Origin: Piromyces finnis finn
Lineage: Eukaryota; Fungi; Neocallimastigomycota
Direction: 5' to 3'
DNA: 64,000 nt
Assembly (NCBI GenBank): GCA_002104945.1
Contig: MCFH01000069.1
Coordinates: forward strand, 124,001 to 188,000
The notes beneath the pieces were generated by a model. It did not search any database. It saw nothing but the letters and a program-made list of their open reading frames with translations, and was not told the DNA's origin. The position numbers and the translations under genes were made by a program. The first letter of the stretch is position 1; each line of letters begins with the position of its first letter. Positions 1-14,321 of the stretch are shown here, piece after piece.

Positions 1-18
1 TGAAAATCATTTATAAAG

Positions 19-2859
19 GTTTGCCAAACTAAAGAATGTTTAGAGGTTTCTAATAGAATGTTAAGCTTTATAGATGATACAGTTGATCCATGTGATGATT
101 TTTATCAATTTACCTGTGGAAATTGGATTGTAAGTATAGAATGAATAATTATTAAAATAGCTTGATTATATTTTAATTCAAAAGTACTATTTAAAGAATA
201 TAAAATTAATATAATTATTTTCTTTTTTTAATAATAGAATGAAAATAAAAATTCATTAAGTGTTTTTGATTCTACAGATAATAATAGTAAAGTAAGCAAA
301 TATGATGTATATTTAATTAGTTATAATAATTTATTCAAATAAACAGAATTTTATTATTATAATAAAGATAATATTATTAACGTTTAATTTATTAATATAT
401 AAATTAATTTTTTACTTTTTTTAAAAAGGAATTTTTTATGGAATTAATGAATAAAGAATATAAGCCAAATAAAAGTTTAAGTACAAAAGAACAAGAATAT
501 GATGAAAAGATTTTAAATAAAATTAAAACCTTTTTCAGTAGTTGTATTAATCAAAACAAAAACAAAGAAAAAGAAAAAGAATTAATTTTAGATTTAATTA
601 AACAACTTAAAATTGATGAAAGAAAAAATCATTTTAATGATAGAGATGTATTAACACAAACCATTGTTGATATTCACAAATATAATACTGAGATGTCACC
701 TCTCTTTATAAGAAATTATACATTGGATGGAAAAAAAAGATACAGAATTGTCATTGGAAAGGAATATAAAAAAATTGATAAAATAAGCATTAAAACAATA
801 TTTTATAATGCTTTTAAAGATAAAAACGATGAGGAAATTGATGACATGGTTGAATCAATTGTTAACTTTTATATAAAATTGTATGGAGAAGATGCTATCA
901 TTGATGAAACTGATTCTGATGTAAATAATATTAATATTAAAGAAATAAAAGGAGCTATATCTAAGAAATTTAGTTTAAGAAATATTGGTAGTATTGAAAA
1001 TGACGATATTTTGGATGAAATTCCAGACTCCGATATAAAAGACATTAAATATTTAATGAAAATATGCCCAAGCATTAATTGGAAATTATATTTAGAAAAG
1101 ATATTTGAAGGTCACATTAAAAATAATCCAATAACAGAAGATACTGAAATTTATATTTTAGATGAAACTTATTTTAAAGAGTTGAACAAAGTTCTTAGTG
1201 AAACTGACAATGATACTTTAGCAAACTTCTTTACATGGTATTTATATTTTAGATAAATATAATTATCAAAATATTTAGCCATTATTAAAATATTAAAAAC
1301 CCTATCCTATTTTTATAATATAATTAATAATTTAGGAGTACATTACATAATCTTATATCATTAACAAATGATCCATTATTTAATATGGATGAATATTTAA
1401 CTGATATTTGTTATAGCCTTACTAGAATAGTATTTACTCATGCATTAGGAAGATATTTTGTTTTAGAAAACTCTAATAATGATACTAATGCATACGCTGA
1501 AAAACTTTTAGAATATACTAAACAAAGTATGTATAATAGAATTCCTCAAATGGAATGGCTTGATGATGAAACCATTGAATATGCATATAAAAAAATTGAT
1601 ACTATGACAACAACTATTGGGTATACTAAAGAAATTTTAGATCAAGAATATATATTTAAAATGTATGAAGGATTTGATGTTAGCCTTGATGATTTCCTTA
1701 CCAATCAAATTAATTATGTAATTTTTATGAATAACAAAATATTAGATTTCTATGAAGGCGGTTTAGAAAGTATCTTAGTAGAGGCATTAATACCACAAGT
1801 AATTAAATTAATAAATACTATATTAATTAGTAAATTGAATTTATATTTTATCCTTTTTTTTTGACTAACTTTTTTTTTATTAGAATGTCAATGCTTATTA
1901 TACTCCTTTAAATAATTCCATTTTCATACCAATTGGTATCTTACAAACACCATTCTTTAGTCATGGAATTCCTGATTATATTAATTATGGTGGTATTGGT
2001 TCAATTATTGGTCATGAATTAACACATGTATTTGATAGTAACGGTAAAAACTATGATATGAATGGTTATATTATGCAATGGGTAAATATTTTAAATAATA
2101 ATATATTGTATTAATATATATTTTATTATTGTGATTAAATATTAAATATTGTTTTATTTTTATATATATATAAAATAATTAATATTAAAATTAAATATTT
2201 ATATTGGACTGATAATGATAATGAAGAATTTGATGAATTTTCAAAGTGTTTTATTAATCAGTAGGTTTTTTTTTAAAAAAATTCTTTTTTCCATAAATTT
2301 TCATTTTATTTTAATATTAATTATAAAAAAATTTTTTTTTTTTTATTTTTTTTCTAAATATTTTTAATAGATATGATGGATTATATACTGAATATGAAAT
2401 AAAAATTAATGGAACAGTAATTATTTAAAAAATACTCAATTTTTTCTATAATATTCTAATATTAAATTTTAAGCAATATTTTAATAGACTAAATAATTTG
2501 TAAATATAATTGTTATTGATAAAATTTAGCAAACCCTCGCTGAAAATCTTGCAGATAATGGTGGTTTAACTCGTGCTTATGAATCATGGAAACTTTCTAT
2601 GAAGGAAGACCCAGAGCATGTTAAGAAAGAAAATCAATTACTTCCAGGTCTTTCAAAATACACCATGGATCAATTATTCTTTATTTCTTTTGGTCAAATA
2701 TGGTGTAATAACGAATATTTTTATCCTAAAAATGATCCACATGCTTCAGGAAGTGCTCGTGTTAGAGGTACTATTGCTAATTCTAAAGAATTTGCCGCTG
2801 CGTTTAATTGTCCATTAAAATCTAAAATGAATCCAGACAAGAAATGTCAACTTTGGTAA
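19..2859 (+). CDS. M13 (neprilysin/ECE-like) zinc metallopeptidase, multi-exon, 5' end outside window
   Basis: Exons read VCQTKEC...DPCDDFYQFTCGNW (19-129), NVNAYY...GGIGSIIGHELTHVFD (HExxH at 2013-2027), ENLADNGG (~2542) and C-terminal DPH...ARV...AFNC...MNPDKKCQLW. ORFs 438-1256, 1385-1864 and 2599-2859 are exon pieces separated by GT..AG introns; some exact junctions are uncertain. Confidence 0.93.
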
Positions 2860-3434
2860 ATTACAAAAAAAAAAAAAAAAATAAAAAATAAATAAGAACG
2901 AAAGATGATAGCATCTCCATAATAAATTATTATTGATAAGATATATTACAAATAAAACAAGGCTTTATACACAAATTATAGAATATATTTTTAATAATAA
3001 AAGTATTCCATTTAATGAATTATTATTAACTTTAAAAAAAAAATAATTAAAAATTAAAAATTAATAATACTTTTCATATTTAAAAGATATTTTTATAAAA
3101 ATAATAATCTTAGTAAATATAAATAAAACGATAAAATTAGTTTGCAATAAATAAAATGAAATGAAATAAAATAAATTTTAAAAACATTTATATTAACATT
3201 ATCATTATTGATTCAAATATAATTTATATTTATTTTTTATCTAATTTATTCTTTTTTTTTTTTTATTTAGATTGTAATATAATTATATTTTTACAATTAT
3301 TTTTTTTTTTTTCATTTTATCGTATATATTATATATTTAAAAAGGAAAATAGGTTATTACTATGAAAATTTTAATATTTAAAAGTTAATATTTGCTTTGT
3401 AACATTTAAAGGTTAATATCCCCCCTTTTTTTTA

Positions 3435-3661
<227 letters not shown>

Positions 3662-4009
3662 ATTTTACTTATATCAATGTTTTGATTAGCCTATGATTAG
3701 CTTACGTGTTTTCATTAATTTTCATGAAATTTTGAGTTTTTCTACATTTCAATTATTATTATTGATTTTTAAATGAAAATATTATGTAAATTTTTATACC
3801 AAGAAAATTTAGTAAGAAAGACTTTTTTTCTGATATAGAAATCTCTACAAAAGTATACTAAAGCAGAAAGATTTCAAGAGTTATCTACAAACCAACAATA
3901 ATGGTAATGATAATTATTATATTTATTATAACAGAATGAAAAGAAAAGAATATATTAAAAACTTTAAACATATTTGAAAATATTGCATTATACTTTTCCA
4001 TTAACATTT

Positions 4010-4742
4010 ATTCTTGTCTTTAATGGAAGATTCGTTACATCTGTTTAAATTATTGGAAATTATATATTTTAACATAGGTATAAAAAATATAAAATTATAA
4101 TATAGAAATCTATGTAATTTTTATTTATTATCTTTTATAAAATAATAATAATAAAAATATACTGATTAATAAAGCATTTAGATAATTCATCAAATTCTTC
4201 ATTATGGTTATCAGTCCACTATAAATATGAAATGTAAATATTTGATATTTTATATAAAAAATGAACAAATATAATTAATATATATAATCAGAATATTTAA
4301 ATATTTTAATATTTAAAAAGTATTTACCCATTATTGATTTATGTCACCATTTATATCATAGTATACAAATGTATGTGTTAATTCATATCCAATAACTGCG
4401 CCACCATAATTAGTATAGTCTGGAATTACATGACTATAGAATAGTTATTGTAAAATACCAGCAGGTATGTAAATTGAATTTTTTTTAGAAAATTAATACG
4501 CATTAATAACCTAATAATAATATATTATTTAAAAAATTGAGGGAATATTAACATCAATGACCTCTTTTTCAGAGCTTAAATCCATTTAATCAGCTTTTTG
4601 AGTAAAAATACTAGCATTGCTATCATATTTAATATTCATTAAATATACCATATACAACAGCATCAGTTGAACTTTCAATAACTGGTAATGATAATGATAA
4701 TGTCATGAGAAAGAATAGTAAAAATAGTTTTTTAAAATCCAT
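4010..4742 (-). pseudogene. Degraded inverted M13 peptidase paralog
   Basis: Minus strand reads NSIYIPAGILQ*LFYSHVIPDYTNYGGAVIGYELTHTF (~4330-4480) and WTDNHNEEFDE (~4190-4220), collinear with exons of the gene at 1884-2260. HELTH has become YELTH and there are internal stops. A signal-peptide-like MDFKKLFLLFFLMTLSLS starts at 4742; linking it to this relic is inference. Confidence 0.8.
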
Positions 4743-5547
4743 TTTATTTGTTTTTTTATATTTAATTATTATTAATTATTTTTATTTTTTATTTTTATAT
4801 CTAATTATTTAATAATAAATAATTTAAAAAGGAAATTTTTTAAGTTTGATTAATTAATTTATTAATTTATTTTTAATTTATATTATAATTAAATAATTAA
4901 ATATTACAAGTTTTTGAAAAAAGAATATTCGATTTTTCTATTTTCTTTATTTTATCTTTTTTTTTGTTAGTAATTAAAAAAATTAGTAAATAAATACTAT
5001 TGATATTTAATATGACTATTTTATTTTGATATAATTTTTGGTGAAATTATATCAAAATAAAATAGTTAATTAAAAGCATTTTGTTGCTACTATATACATA
5101 GAAAGAAATGAATGCAATCTTTTTAAAGGTTTTAGATAAATTTAAATTTTTATTCTATTCCTTGGATTAATTATGAATATTTCGTAAAAACATATAAAAA
5201 AAAAAAGGAAATATGAATTAGTCACTGAAAATTTTAAAATAATATTTCTGAAGTTATGCTATTTTAATCAATGAAGTTAAACTTTATAATATTTTATAAA
5301 TTGTATATGGCAATAATGAGAGTTTTTATCAAATCTTTTCCATCATTAAAATATTATCTAAAACTTGGTATAGTATTTCAATTCTCCAACTCTACATTGC
5401 TATTACATATTTTTTATTCTTATTATTGAGTTATTATTATTTTTTTTTTTATAAAAAATAGTATATGATAAAATATACATAATATATATATTATATTATT
5501 AATTTAATATATTAATAATGAGTTTTAATTTTGAATTTTGTTATATT

Positions 5548-5548
5548 C

Positions 5549-5590
<42 letters not shown>
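5548..5590. repeat. (AAT)n microsatellite
   Basis: Directly visible. Confidence 0.95.
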
Positions 5591-5853
5591 TTTATATTAC
5601 ATTTTTTATTAAAAACTATTAAATAGATTTAATTTGTGAAAATGAATTTAATATTAAAACATTAATAATACTACTACTTATAAATAATTTAGGAATGTAA
5701 TAAAATTATTTTTTTATAACACTACAGCAATACCTATGAAAATTACATTTTCATAAGTATATAATAAAGATATTTAGAGAATTTAAGTATTTATGAAATA
5801 AATATTAATAATTAGGTATTATATAAAAGTGTTAAATATTAGATTATTGTTAG

Positions 5854-5948
5854 GACATCAATGCTTATTACATTCCAATAAAAATCAATTTTCATGTACG
5901 CTTGTATTTTACAAGAATCATTCTTTAGCCATGGAATTTCGGAATATA
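5854..5948 (+). pseudogene. Short M13 peptidase exon relic
   Basis: tcaatgcttattacattcc...cattctttagccatggaatt resembles the INAYY exon at 1887-1980; frameshifted. Confidence 0.65.
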
Positions 5949-6554
5949 TTTTTTTAAAAAATTTGAATGCTATATAACTAATTTTATAAATATAATAAAA
6001 TATATATTTATAAACACAAGAGAATTGAAAATGAGCATAATTTTAGGATATTAATTAATTATTTTATTTTATTTTATAATATGTAGTATTTGAAATCCTA
6101 TTTTTATTCCATATAGTAAATAAAAATCTTTTATAATAATAAAAGGATAATAAAAATATTATTTAAAAAAAAAATTATTTTTTTCTTTTTAAAACTTTAA
6201 ATTTTTATTTTTATAGAAAACTATTTAAATTATTTAATTATTAAAATTCCATACATTAATATTTTTTTAGATTAATTTAGGTTTTAATTTTTAATAATTA
6301 ATAATAATATTTAGTATTAAAAATTAAACTATAACGACAATAATTAATTATTAATACTAATAATGTTTTTTTTCTATATTATAAATAAATTTATTATTTA
6401 TAATGATTTTCTTTCTATTTATTTCTTTTTTTATTATTATTATTTGTTTTTATTAGTATAAATTTTTAAATTTTTTTAAAAATTTCACTACTTTATAAAA
6501 AAATAATAATATTAAACCTATTAATATAAATGATTATTATTAATCAAAATTTAT

Positions 6555-7793
6555 TTAATGATTCTTAACAAAACATTTACGACGTTTTTCAGTCTTTTCT
6601 GATTCAACTTCACTATCGCTTTCTGGTTCAACAGCATTAGTTGGTTCTGGTTCAACAGCATTAGTTGATTCTGGTTCAACAGCATTGGTTGGTTCTGGTT
6701 CAACAGCATTAGTTGATTCTGGTTCAACAGCATTGGTTGGTTCTGGTTCAACAGCATTAGTTGATTCTGGTTCAACAGCATTGGTTGGTTCTGGTTCAAC
6801 AGCATTAGTTGATTCTGGTTCAACAGCAGCAGTTGGTTCTGGTTCAACAGTGGTAGTAGTGGTAGTGGTAGTTGTTGGTTCAACAGTAGTAGTGGTAGTG
6901 GTAGTTGTTGGTTCAACAGTAGTAGTGGTAGTGGTAGTTGTTGGTTCAACAGTAGTGGTAGTGGTAGTTGTTGGTTCAACAGTAGTAGTGGTAGTGGTAG
7001 TTGTTGGTTCAACAGTAGTGGTAGTGGTAGTAGTAATAGTAGATGGCTTTACAGTAGTAGTAGTAGTAGTAGTTGGTTTTACAGTAGTAGTAGTGGTAGT
7101 TCTTCTTACAGTAGTAGTGGTTGGTCTTACAGTGGTAGTGGTTGGTCTTACAGTGGTAGTGGTAGTAGTGATAGTGGTTGGCTTAACTATAGCTTGTGAA
7201 GTACATTTATTGGATTTTAAGTATCTCATAATGCTTTGAAGTTCTTCATTATCAAACTTATAGTAAATTTCCTCACTAGTTCCATAATCTCTATTGTATA
7301 TTCCTACTTTGTATTCCAAATTTTGATTAAATTTTCCAATATTTTCGAAGAATTCAATGGATTTAGAAGTACAAATTTTGGATTCACAAGTAGCTTGGAT
7401 TTCAGAATCAGTATTAAGGAAATAACTCAATGGACAATAGTTGTTGTTTTCATCTTTAGTACATTTAAGTCTAAGGTTTGCAATGTAGACATCTTTACCA
7501 TGGTTAGCAATATACAATGGAATTGCATTATCCCTTCTACATTCTGGAAGATTAAGGAAATTTAAGTTTTCAAATTCTTTACAAACTTTTTCATTATAGG
7601 TACTACAGATTGGATCTAATAATCTATCAGGAATATTTATGATATTAACATTACATCCATTCTTATAATTATTATATGCTTTATATATAGCATTTTCACA
7701 TTGAGTAGATAAAGGAATATCCCTTTTATTCAATGGAGAAGATAAAGCAGAGGTAATACAAATCAAAGATAAAAGTTTAGTTGAGAGTTTCAT
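6555..7793 (-). CDS. Secreted Cys-rich protein with Thr-rich and EPEPTNAV repeat stalk, ending RKCFVKNH
   Basis: 412-aa ORF with signal peptide MKLSTKLLSLICITSALS, a Cys-rich N-domain (CTKDENNNYCPLS), (T)nVEP repeats and 24-bp EP(E/S)TNAV repeats. Confidence 0.85.
   Translation of the reverse strand: MKLSTKLLSLICITSALSSPLNKRDIPLSTQCENAIYKAYNNYKNGCNVNIINIPDRLLDPICSTYNEKVCKEFENLNFLNLPECRRDNAIPLYIANHGKDVYIANLRLKCTKDENNNYCPLSYFLNTDSEIQATCESKICTSKSIEFFENIGKFNQNLEYKVGIYNRDYGTSEEIYYKFDNEELQSIMRYLKSNKCTSQAIVKPTTITTTTTTVRPTTTTVRPTTTTVRRTTTTTTVKPTTTTTTTVKPSTITTTTTTTVEPTTTTTTTTVEPTTTTTTTVEPTTTTTTTTVEPTTTTTTTTVEPTTTTTTTTTVEPEPTAAVEPESTNAVEPEPTNAVEPESTNAVEPEPTNAVEPESTNAVEPEPTNAVEPESTNAVEPEPTNAVEPESDSEVESEKTEKRRKCFVKNH
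6620..7170 (-). repeat. Coding tandem repeats (24-bp EPxTNAV units and ~27-33-bp poly-Thr-VEP units)
   Basis: ggttcaacagcatt(a/g)gttg(a/g)ttct repeated, then gtagtagtggtagtggtagttgttggttcaac repeated. Confidence 0.92.
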
Positions 7794-9419
7794 TTTATAT
7801 TTCTAGGTTTAAAAGAATATATTTTTTATATTATTTTCTATATTCAATATGAATATATATAAATAAATATTTATTTATTTATTTATTTTTAAAGAACAAA
7901 AAAGTTAGTTTTTAGTTATTTTATATAGAAAAAAAAAAATTTTTTTTAATTTATTATTTAGTAGCTTCACCACAATTAATTAAAGATAATTAATTTAATT
8001 AATTTAATATAATGAAAAAAAAAAAAGTGTATGATAAAGTAAAAAAAAAATTAATAAACAATTATATATATATACATTATGTATTCATTATATAAAGCAT
8101 TTTATCTTTTCATTTTTATTTTTTTATGTTTATTTTAACATCAATTATCAATTAAATAAAAAAAATAGAGATTAGATAAATTATACTAGCATAAAAATAA
8201 TATATAATTAATAGAGAATATATAAAAACATATTTATTATTATGTAAATACTTTTTGTTTATCAAAATCTAAAAGTGGTTATTTGATGTGGTTATTTTTT
8301 TTTTTTATATATTATATTTATTTAATATATCATTTAAATAATTAATTTATAAATTTTCTATTAATTTAGGTTTATAATTATTTCAAATTTATTAATATAT
8401 TTTTATGATAAAGAACTACATATTCGTTACATTCTTTTCAAACTACATGTATTTATATATTTACATTGTGGCTTGAATATCTAATCAAATACAATACATG
8501 CAAATATATTTCAATACATTTGACATAAATCTCACATATTTTAACATTTTCTATTTTATATATTAAAATTTTAATTTATTATATTAAGTTTTAAGTTTAT
8601 TAAATTGTAGAATTTTCCAAAATCTCAAATTATCATTATTTAATGACATTTATTTATGGCTATTTTATTTAGTGAATTTTTATATTAGTTTGTTTTCCTA
8701 AATTATCAAATTATAATTTTAAATAATAAAATATATATTTCTCTTTTGTTAAACTACTACAGAATTAGTTCATTATTGTTTAAACAAAAAATAGTTCTAA
8801 CTTTTTTTGTATTTCAAAATTTAATAAATAAAAAGTCTAGAAAATTCTTAATTTATCTAAAAAAATAAATGTATTAAAAATATATTATAATATATTATAA
8901 TATATATTAATTTCAATGTAATTTCTAATTAGATTAATTGAAAAATATCGTGTAACATTAATAAATTCTTAATTCTTCTTTTTTTCTTTTTTAATTAATT
9001 AAATAAATCTTAATTGATTGAAGAAATAAAATATTTATTTATTTATTTATTATAAATATTTATTTATTTTTAAGGAGTAAAATACTATAAAATAAAGTTT
9101 ATTATTTTTATTAATAAATAACAAAGAAAATAAATACAATATCAATTGTAGCTTATGTATAAGTCAAATTTGTTTTAAATTTCTATTCATTGATTAAATG
9201 AATGATCAAATAAATTTGTAATTAAATTAATGTATTGTATTGTAATTATTTCTATAGAATAGAATAATTAAATATAAATATCCATATATTATATATATTA
9301 TTTTAACTCTTTTGTTATTAATACTTAATGATAATAAATAAAATAATAATATGATATATATGATATTCTCAAACAATTAAATTTATTATATAAGTTTATT
9401 ATTATTTTCTACACTATAA

Positions 9420-10930
9420 CACAATTCTTGTATTCTTGTATTACATTAAAGTATGTGAAAAAGTTAATAATTACCCTTTGAAACTATTTTCCAACAATAG
9501 AAAAATACAACGTTTTAGGGTAAATTCATCAATAAAAGTTAAAATATATATTTTATCAGTATATTTTAATATACATAGGAATACATATAATGTTATTCTA
9601 ATCTGCTACGAAAATTTCAAATTCATAGTTTTATTCTTCTTGTTTTTAATTTCTAAATTAATATATACATTTTCTTTCTTTGATTTTAGATTACAGATCA
9701 TTCCGTTTTAGAAAAGTTTTATACCCAATAAATAGATTTAATGTTTTCGAGTTTTATATTAAATCCATCTACGTAGCCTTCTTTGTGCTCTAACATTGTT
9801 GAATTCACATAAAGAATTATTTATGCAATTCAATAGGCCCTTTTATCATGATAATTAGCTAGTAAGGATTTTTTCGAATTTCTAGTGTCAACAATACCTT
9901 CGGTAGATTCAGTATCATTGATACCTTCAATAAATTCAACATCTTCACAATCTTCAGTGATATATGAAGTATCATCTACTAAATAATAGTAGGTACCGTC
10001 TTCAAGATATAAAAATATACCTTCACTAGTAAGATCCAAATATTCAATATTGCTTTTTGATTTATGGTCAATCTTAATATTTCCTTCTTCTGTATTCATT
10101 ACATTCTTATCTTGGATTTTTAAGCATACTTGACCAATAGCATTGTCCTCTAAAACTAATTTTTGTTGAGGACGTGGTTGTTTTCAGATTCACCCGTATC
10201 AAATATCTAAATTGTTTTATTATCCGGTCAGTCGATTTTTATTGATGGTAAAAATTAATTGATTTCGATTCTCTTTCTTTAATCATTCCAATACTGCTTT
10301 TTTCTTGGTCATACATTGCTTTTAACATATTTATTGCTTGGGTCATATATTTCTCAACAGATTCTGTGCCGTTATGTACCATCAGGATAAATATAGCTTC
10401 TAATAATTTTTGGAAATGAAAAGTATATGCTTTAATCTTTTCCTAATTTCAGAAGGGCTTTATTTCTTAGTGTCATATCAAAAATTTCTTTTAATTTGGA
10501 TAATCACATTCTCTGTAATAAGAAAGATCTTTAGTCTTTGAAAGAATGTATCTTTGTCATTTAGTATTGAATATCAGCAGATTTTTTCTTGCCATACAAA
10601 GATTGTTACTTTTTTATAATATCAAAAAGTTACCAGCAGCAGTTAATAACCTCTTGATGTAATCTAACGTTTCTTTCAAAGTATGAATGTTGATAATCTG
10701 ATAATCGTACAAGATAAGCCATCCTTTGGGATCAGCTTCATCGATATTTTTTCTAGTATTCTTATAACCTATTTGTACGAGATGATATTTCCTTTTTCAA
10801 TTCAGGCTTTTTCTAAAGTTCCTCAATATGACTAATTCTAACATAACTTTAAGTTTTGGAATATTGATAATAAGAAATTCCCATTTTTCAAAATTATTTT
10901 CATTTAGATATTCCTTCTTTGGGTTGGTTT
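9420..10930 (-). mobile_element. Decayed Ty1/copia LTR-retrotransposon internal region (gag-protease-integrase)
   Basis: Minus-strand fragments in copia order: LNENNFEKWEFLIINI (gag N-term, ~10890), LYGKKKSADIQY (~10590), [W>*]IFDTG protease motif (~10200), YILTFIDEFT integrase core (~9540). Many stops and frameshifts. LTRs not identified. Confidence 0.75.
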
Positions 10931-11563
10931 GATATTTTATTTCATGAGATGTATACCAGTAGAACAGAGTAATCGAGTATTTGAGACATTTAATGAGTAT
11001 GAGTAAAAGTGCTTTGTTATAAAATAAAGTTTATCAATAGATTATGGTAATTAAAAAAAAACCACACAATACAAGCATTTATATCAATTGTGGCTTATGT
11101 TAAGCAATTTGTTTTTACACTCTAACCTACATTTATTTCATTCTAATATTTATCTAAGCTATTTATTTATTTATATATTTATAAATATTATTTATTTTAC
11201 AATTTGTTGGAAATTTATCCAATCAATTGAAAATATTTTGAAACAAGAATTATAAAAAATTCTTTTTTTAATTCTTAAAAGATATGAAAAATAAAATAAA
11301 AGAAAAGAAAAGAAAATAAACATAAAAAACATATTATAAAAAAATAGAAAAATAAATAATAATAATAATAATAATATAAAAAATAATAGAGGTTAATTGT
11401 ATATATATATATCAAGTTAATTAATAAAATTAATTATAGCCTATATATATATAAACCAAATAAAATAACAATAAAAATAAAAGCTACTATAAAAATAATT
11501 GAAGCTTTAAACATCTTTATCCAATAAAATAAATTATTATAGAATATAAAAATTTTAGAAAAA

Positions 11564-13705
11564 ATGAAATATATTTCAAAAAATGAAGAGTATATTTTAA
11601 TTAATGATACTGATGATAAAACTCCTTTTTTGGAGAAGAAAAATAAAAATAGTACATCACGATTAAGAGTAAAACTTAAAAGTCTTCTTAAGAGAATTAT
11701 TATTGCTATTGGTGTAATAGTAATTCTATTTATTTTGTTTATTAAAAAAAAATATACCTGAAGAAGAAAATGTTAAGTTTATAGATGAAGAAAATGGTTT
11801 TGTATTTTCAAAAGGAAAGCCAAGAATTGACAAATATGGTATTGATTTAAACGCATACATTTTACAGGGGATATATAGTATAGGTTTTGATGAAGATCCA
11901 TATAAAAAAATAGAAGATTGGTCACTCTATACTCCACCTTGTCCAAATATGAAACCAGTTATTCACTCTGATTATGTTATGAATCCAGATTGTGAGAGCA
12001 GCAGTCTCCAATTCTATAATTATAATAACTATAAAATGCCAGTTTCTCTTCGATTAAATAGTATATCTAATCAAATAGAAAAATTTAAAGAATGGAAGAA
12101 AAATAATAATACTAACCCATATTATGGGGATCAAAATTATAAACAACTATTAAGTGATGAATATCATCCATATGACTATGGATATAAAGAGGATAACACT
12201 AATAATGACGTTGATGATGTTGAATACTATAACAAATTAGTTAAAAGTCGTATGGATGAAGTTCCTGATCCAAGAAGAAGAAGATTATTTAGTTTTATTT
12301 TATTTAACACAGAATTTGATCTATTAGATTTATATCTTTCTGAATATTATAATATTGTTGATTATTTTGTTATATATGAAGCAAATAGTACTTTTTCAGG
12401 TCACCCAAAGCCACTTTACTTTACCAGAACATTATTAGAAACAGATAGATACGACAAATATAAAGATAAATTAATTCCACTTCCATGTGAAATCATAGTC
12501 AATGAAGACAATGGAAGAGGAACAGGATTTCCAAAAGAACACTTAGCAAGAAGAGCGGTTATTGAAAAGGGCTTAATGTCTGTTCAGGCTCGTCATGGGG
12601 ATATTTTTATGCATGGAGATTTAGATGAAATGGCAAAACCTCATATTCTTACAAGATTGAAAAAATGCGGTGGATGGGAACATTTACAAGCAGGTATAGG
12701 CGGAGGACCAAAATCATTTAAATATGAAAATGCAGAAACTTACTTAAATAATGATAATATGAATATTGAAATGACTCAAAAAGGAGAATATAATATTGAT
12801 TATACAAATGAAATTACTTTAGGATTTTTATCATGGTTTTATGATGGTTTTATGAATACTCATTTAATATAGTAGAAAATTCAAGAAAAGGAACAGTTTG
12901 TCATCCAAACATTGTAATTTTTGATGCTAGACGTTCATTAGGACAATTAAATGACTATGATAATTACCATTCCCATAATATTACTAAGGAAAAAAGATCA
13001 AACAATGATCCATTACTTGATCCTAATTTTAATCCATATCAAGGTTATACCTATAGTGTTCATCACACTGATAAAAAAATAGGAAAAGGTTTCTTGGCCG
13101 AAACAATTAGATTTGATACTTCAAAAATCAGAGATATGGAAAAAAATGATAGACCTATGTTATGGAATGGAGGCTGGCATATGAGTAGTTTTTTGCCTAC
13201 AATAGATCAGTTCTATAATAAAATTAAATCCTATTCTCATTATGATACTTTTTCTGGTAATGAAGAGAAGGACAAGAAAAAAATTATTTCTAGAATTAAG
13301 CAACATTTATATATTTTCGGAAAATCAAAAAAATACTATGATAATAAACCTCTATTACCTACATCTTATATAAACGGTTATGACTACAATTTTAATTATA
13401 CCTTCTGGAAGGACAATTCTAGAAATTATACTAAAAATAAAAAGTTTGTAAAGTATGTTAGGGATTTAGAAAAAGAAATCCCAGCACATGTATGGAAAAA
13501 TCCTATTTGTTACTCCTACATGTTAGATCGTGATTACGGATTTGAAAAAAAATTATGGTGGCAAGAAGTTCCAAAAGAAAGTTGGAATACTATAAATATT
13601 GAAACCTTAAGTCCATCTATCTTGAAGAAAATAACCCCAAAAATAATATCAAAAGAATTTCAAACAGAAATGTTTGATACTATGTCAAAAGAAAATAATT
13701 TATAA
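11564..13705 (+). pseudogene. GT17 (MGAT3-like beta-1,4-GlcNAc transferase family) type II membrane protein, two frameshifts
   Basis: TM segment RIIIAIGVIVILFILFI; FILFNTEFDLLDLYLSEYYNIVDYFVIYEANSTFSGHPKPLYF; GDLDE DxD motif; GGWHMSSF. Removing one A from the A9 run (11744-11752) and an 11-bp duplication (12833-12854) gives one continuous 709-aa frame. The first lesion may be an assembly error. Confidence 0.8.
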
Positions 13706-14321
13706 TCTTTATTTTTTTAAAAAAAAGAAAAAAAATTAAAAATAATAACAATAGTAATTGTAACCTCTATTATTTAAAATCAAATATTAATGTATTTTAA
13801 ATTAATTATCACCCTATATTATATTACTTTAAAAATTTAAATATAATACTTAAAATATTCTTAAAATATAATTTATTAATTATTCATTAAATTTTTTTTA
13901 TTATATTTAAAGAAAATTTACAACCCCAATTAAAAATTAAATATATAGAAATTATAAAAAATAATAATACAATAATAGTAATAATAATAGTAGCAATAAC
14001 AATAATTATTATTTGTACTAAAGTAAATAAACTAATCCAAAGTAATTTATTTTATAAAATGTGGCTAATTTATATTAAATTTTATTAAGGCTTTAAAAAT
14101 AAATGTATACAGTTTTTGTGAAATATCTTGGCATTAAATAATTTTAATTTAATGTATACTATTTTTATAAAAAACTTGGATATATCCATTTTATTAAAAT
14201 AATTAATTTAAAACTTGGAAAATAGCTATACTTCTTTTATGATTTTATTACTATATAGATTATTTAATTATCTATTAATTACTTCTATCTTTTTTTCCCC
14301 TTCATTTATACTATTAATTTA

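Noticed and set aside
6551-7565. ORFs 6551-7012, 6685-7239 and 7236-7565
   Set aside because: Alternative-frame or antisense shadows of the repeat-rich 6555-7793 gene.
9436-9711. 91-aa plus-strand ORF
   Set aside because: Antisense to the copia integrase relic.
10930-11160. Possible LTR/PBS of the copia relic
   Set aside because: No matching second LTR and no clear tRNA-complementary PBS could be read.
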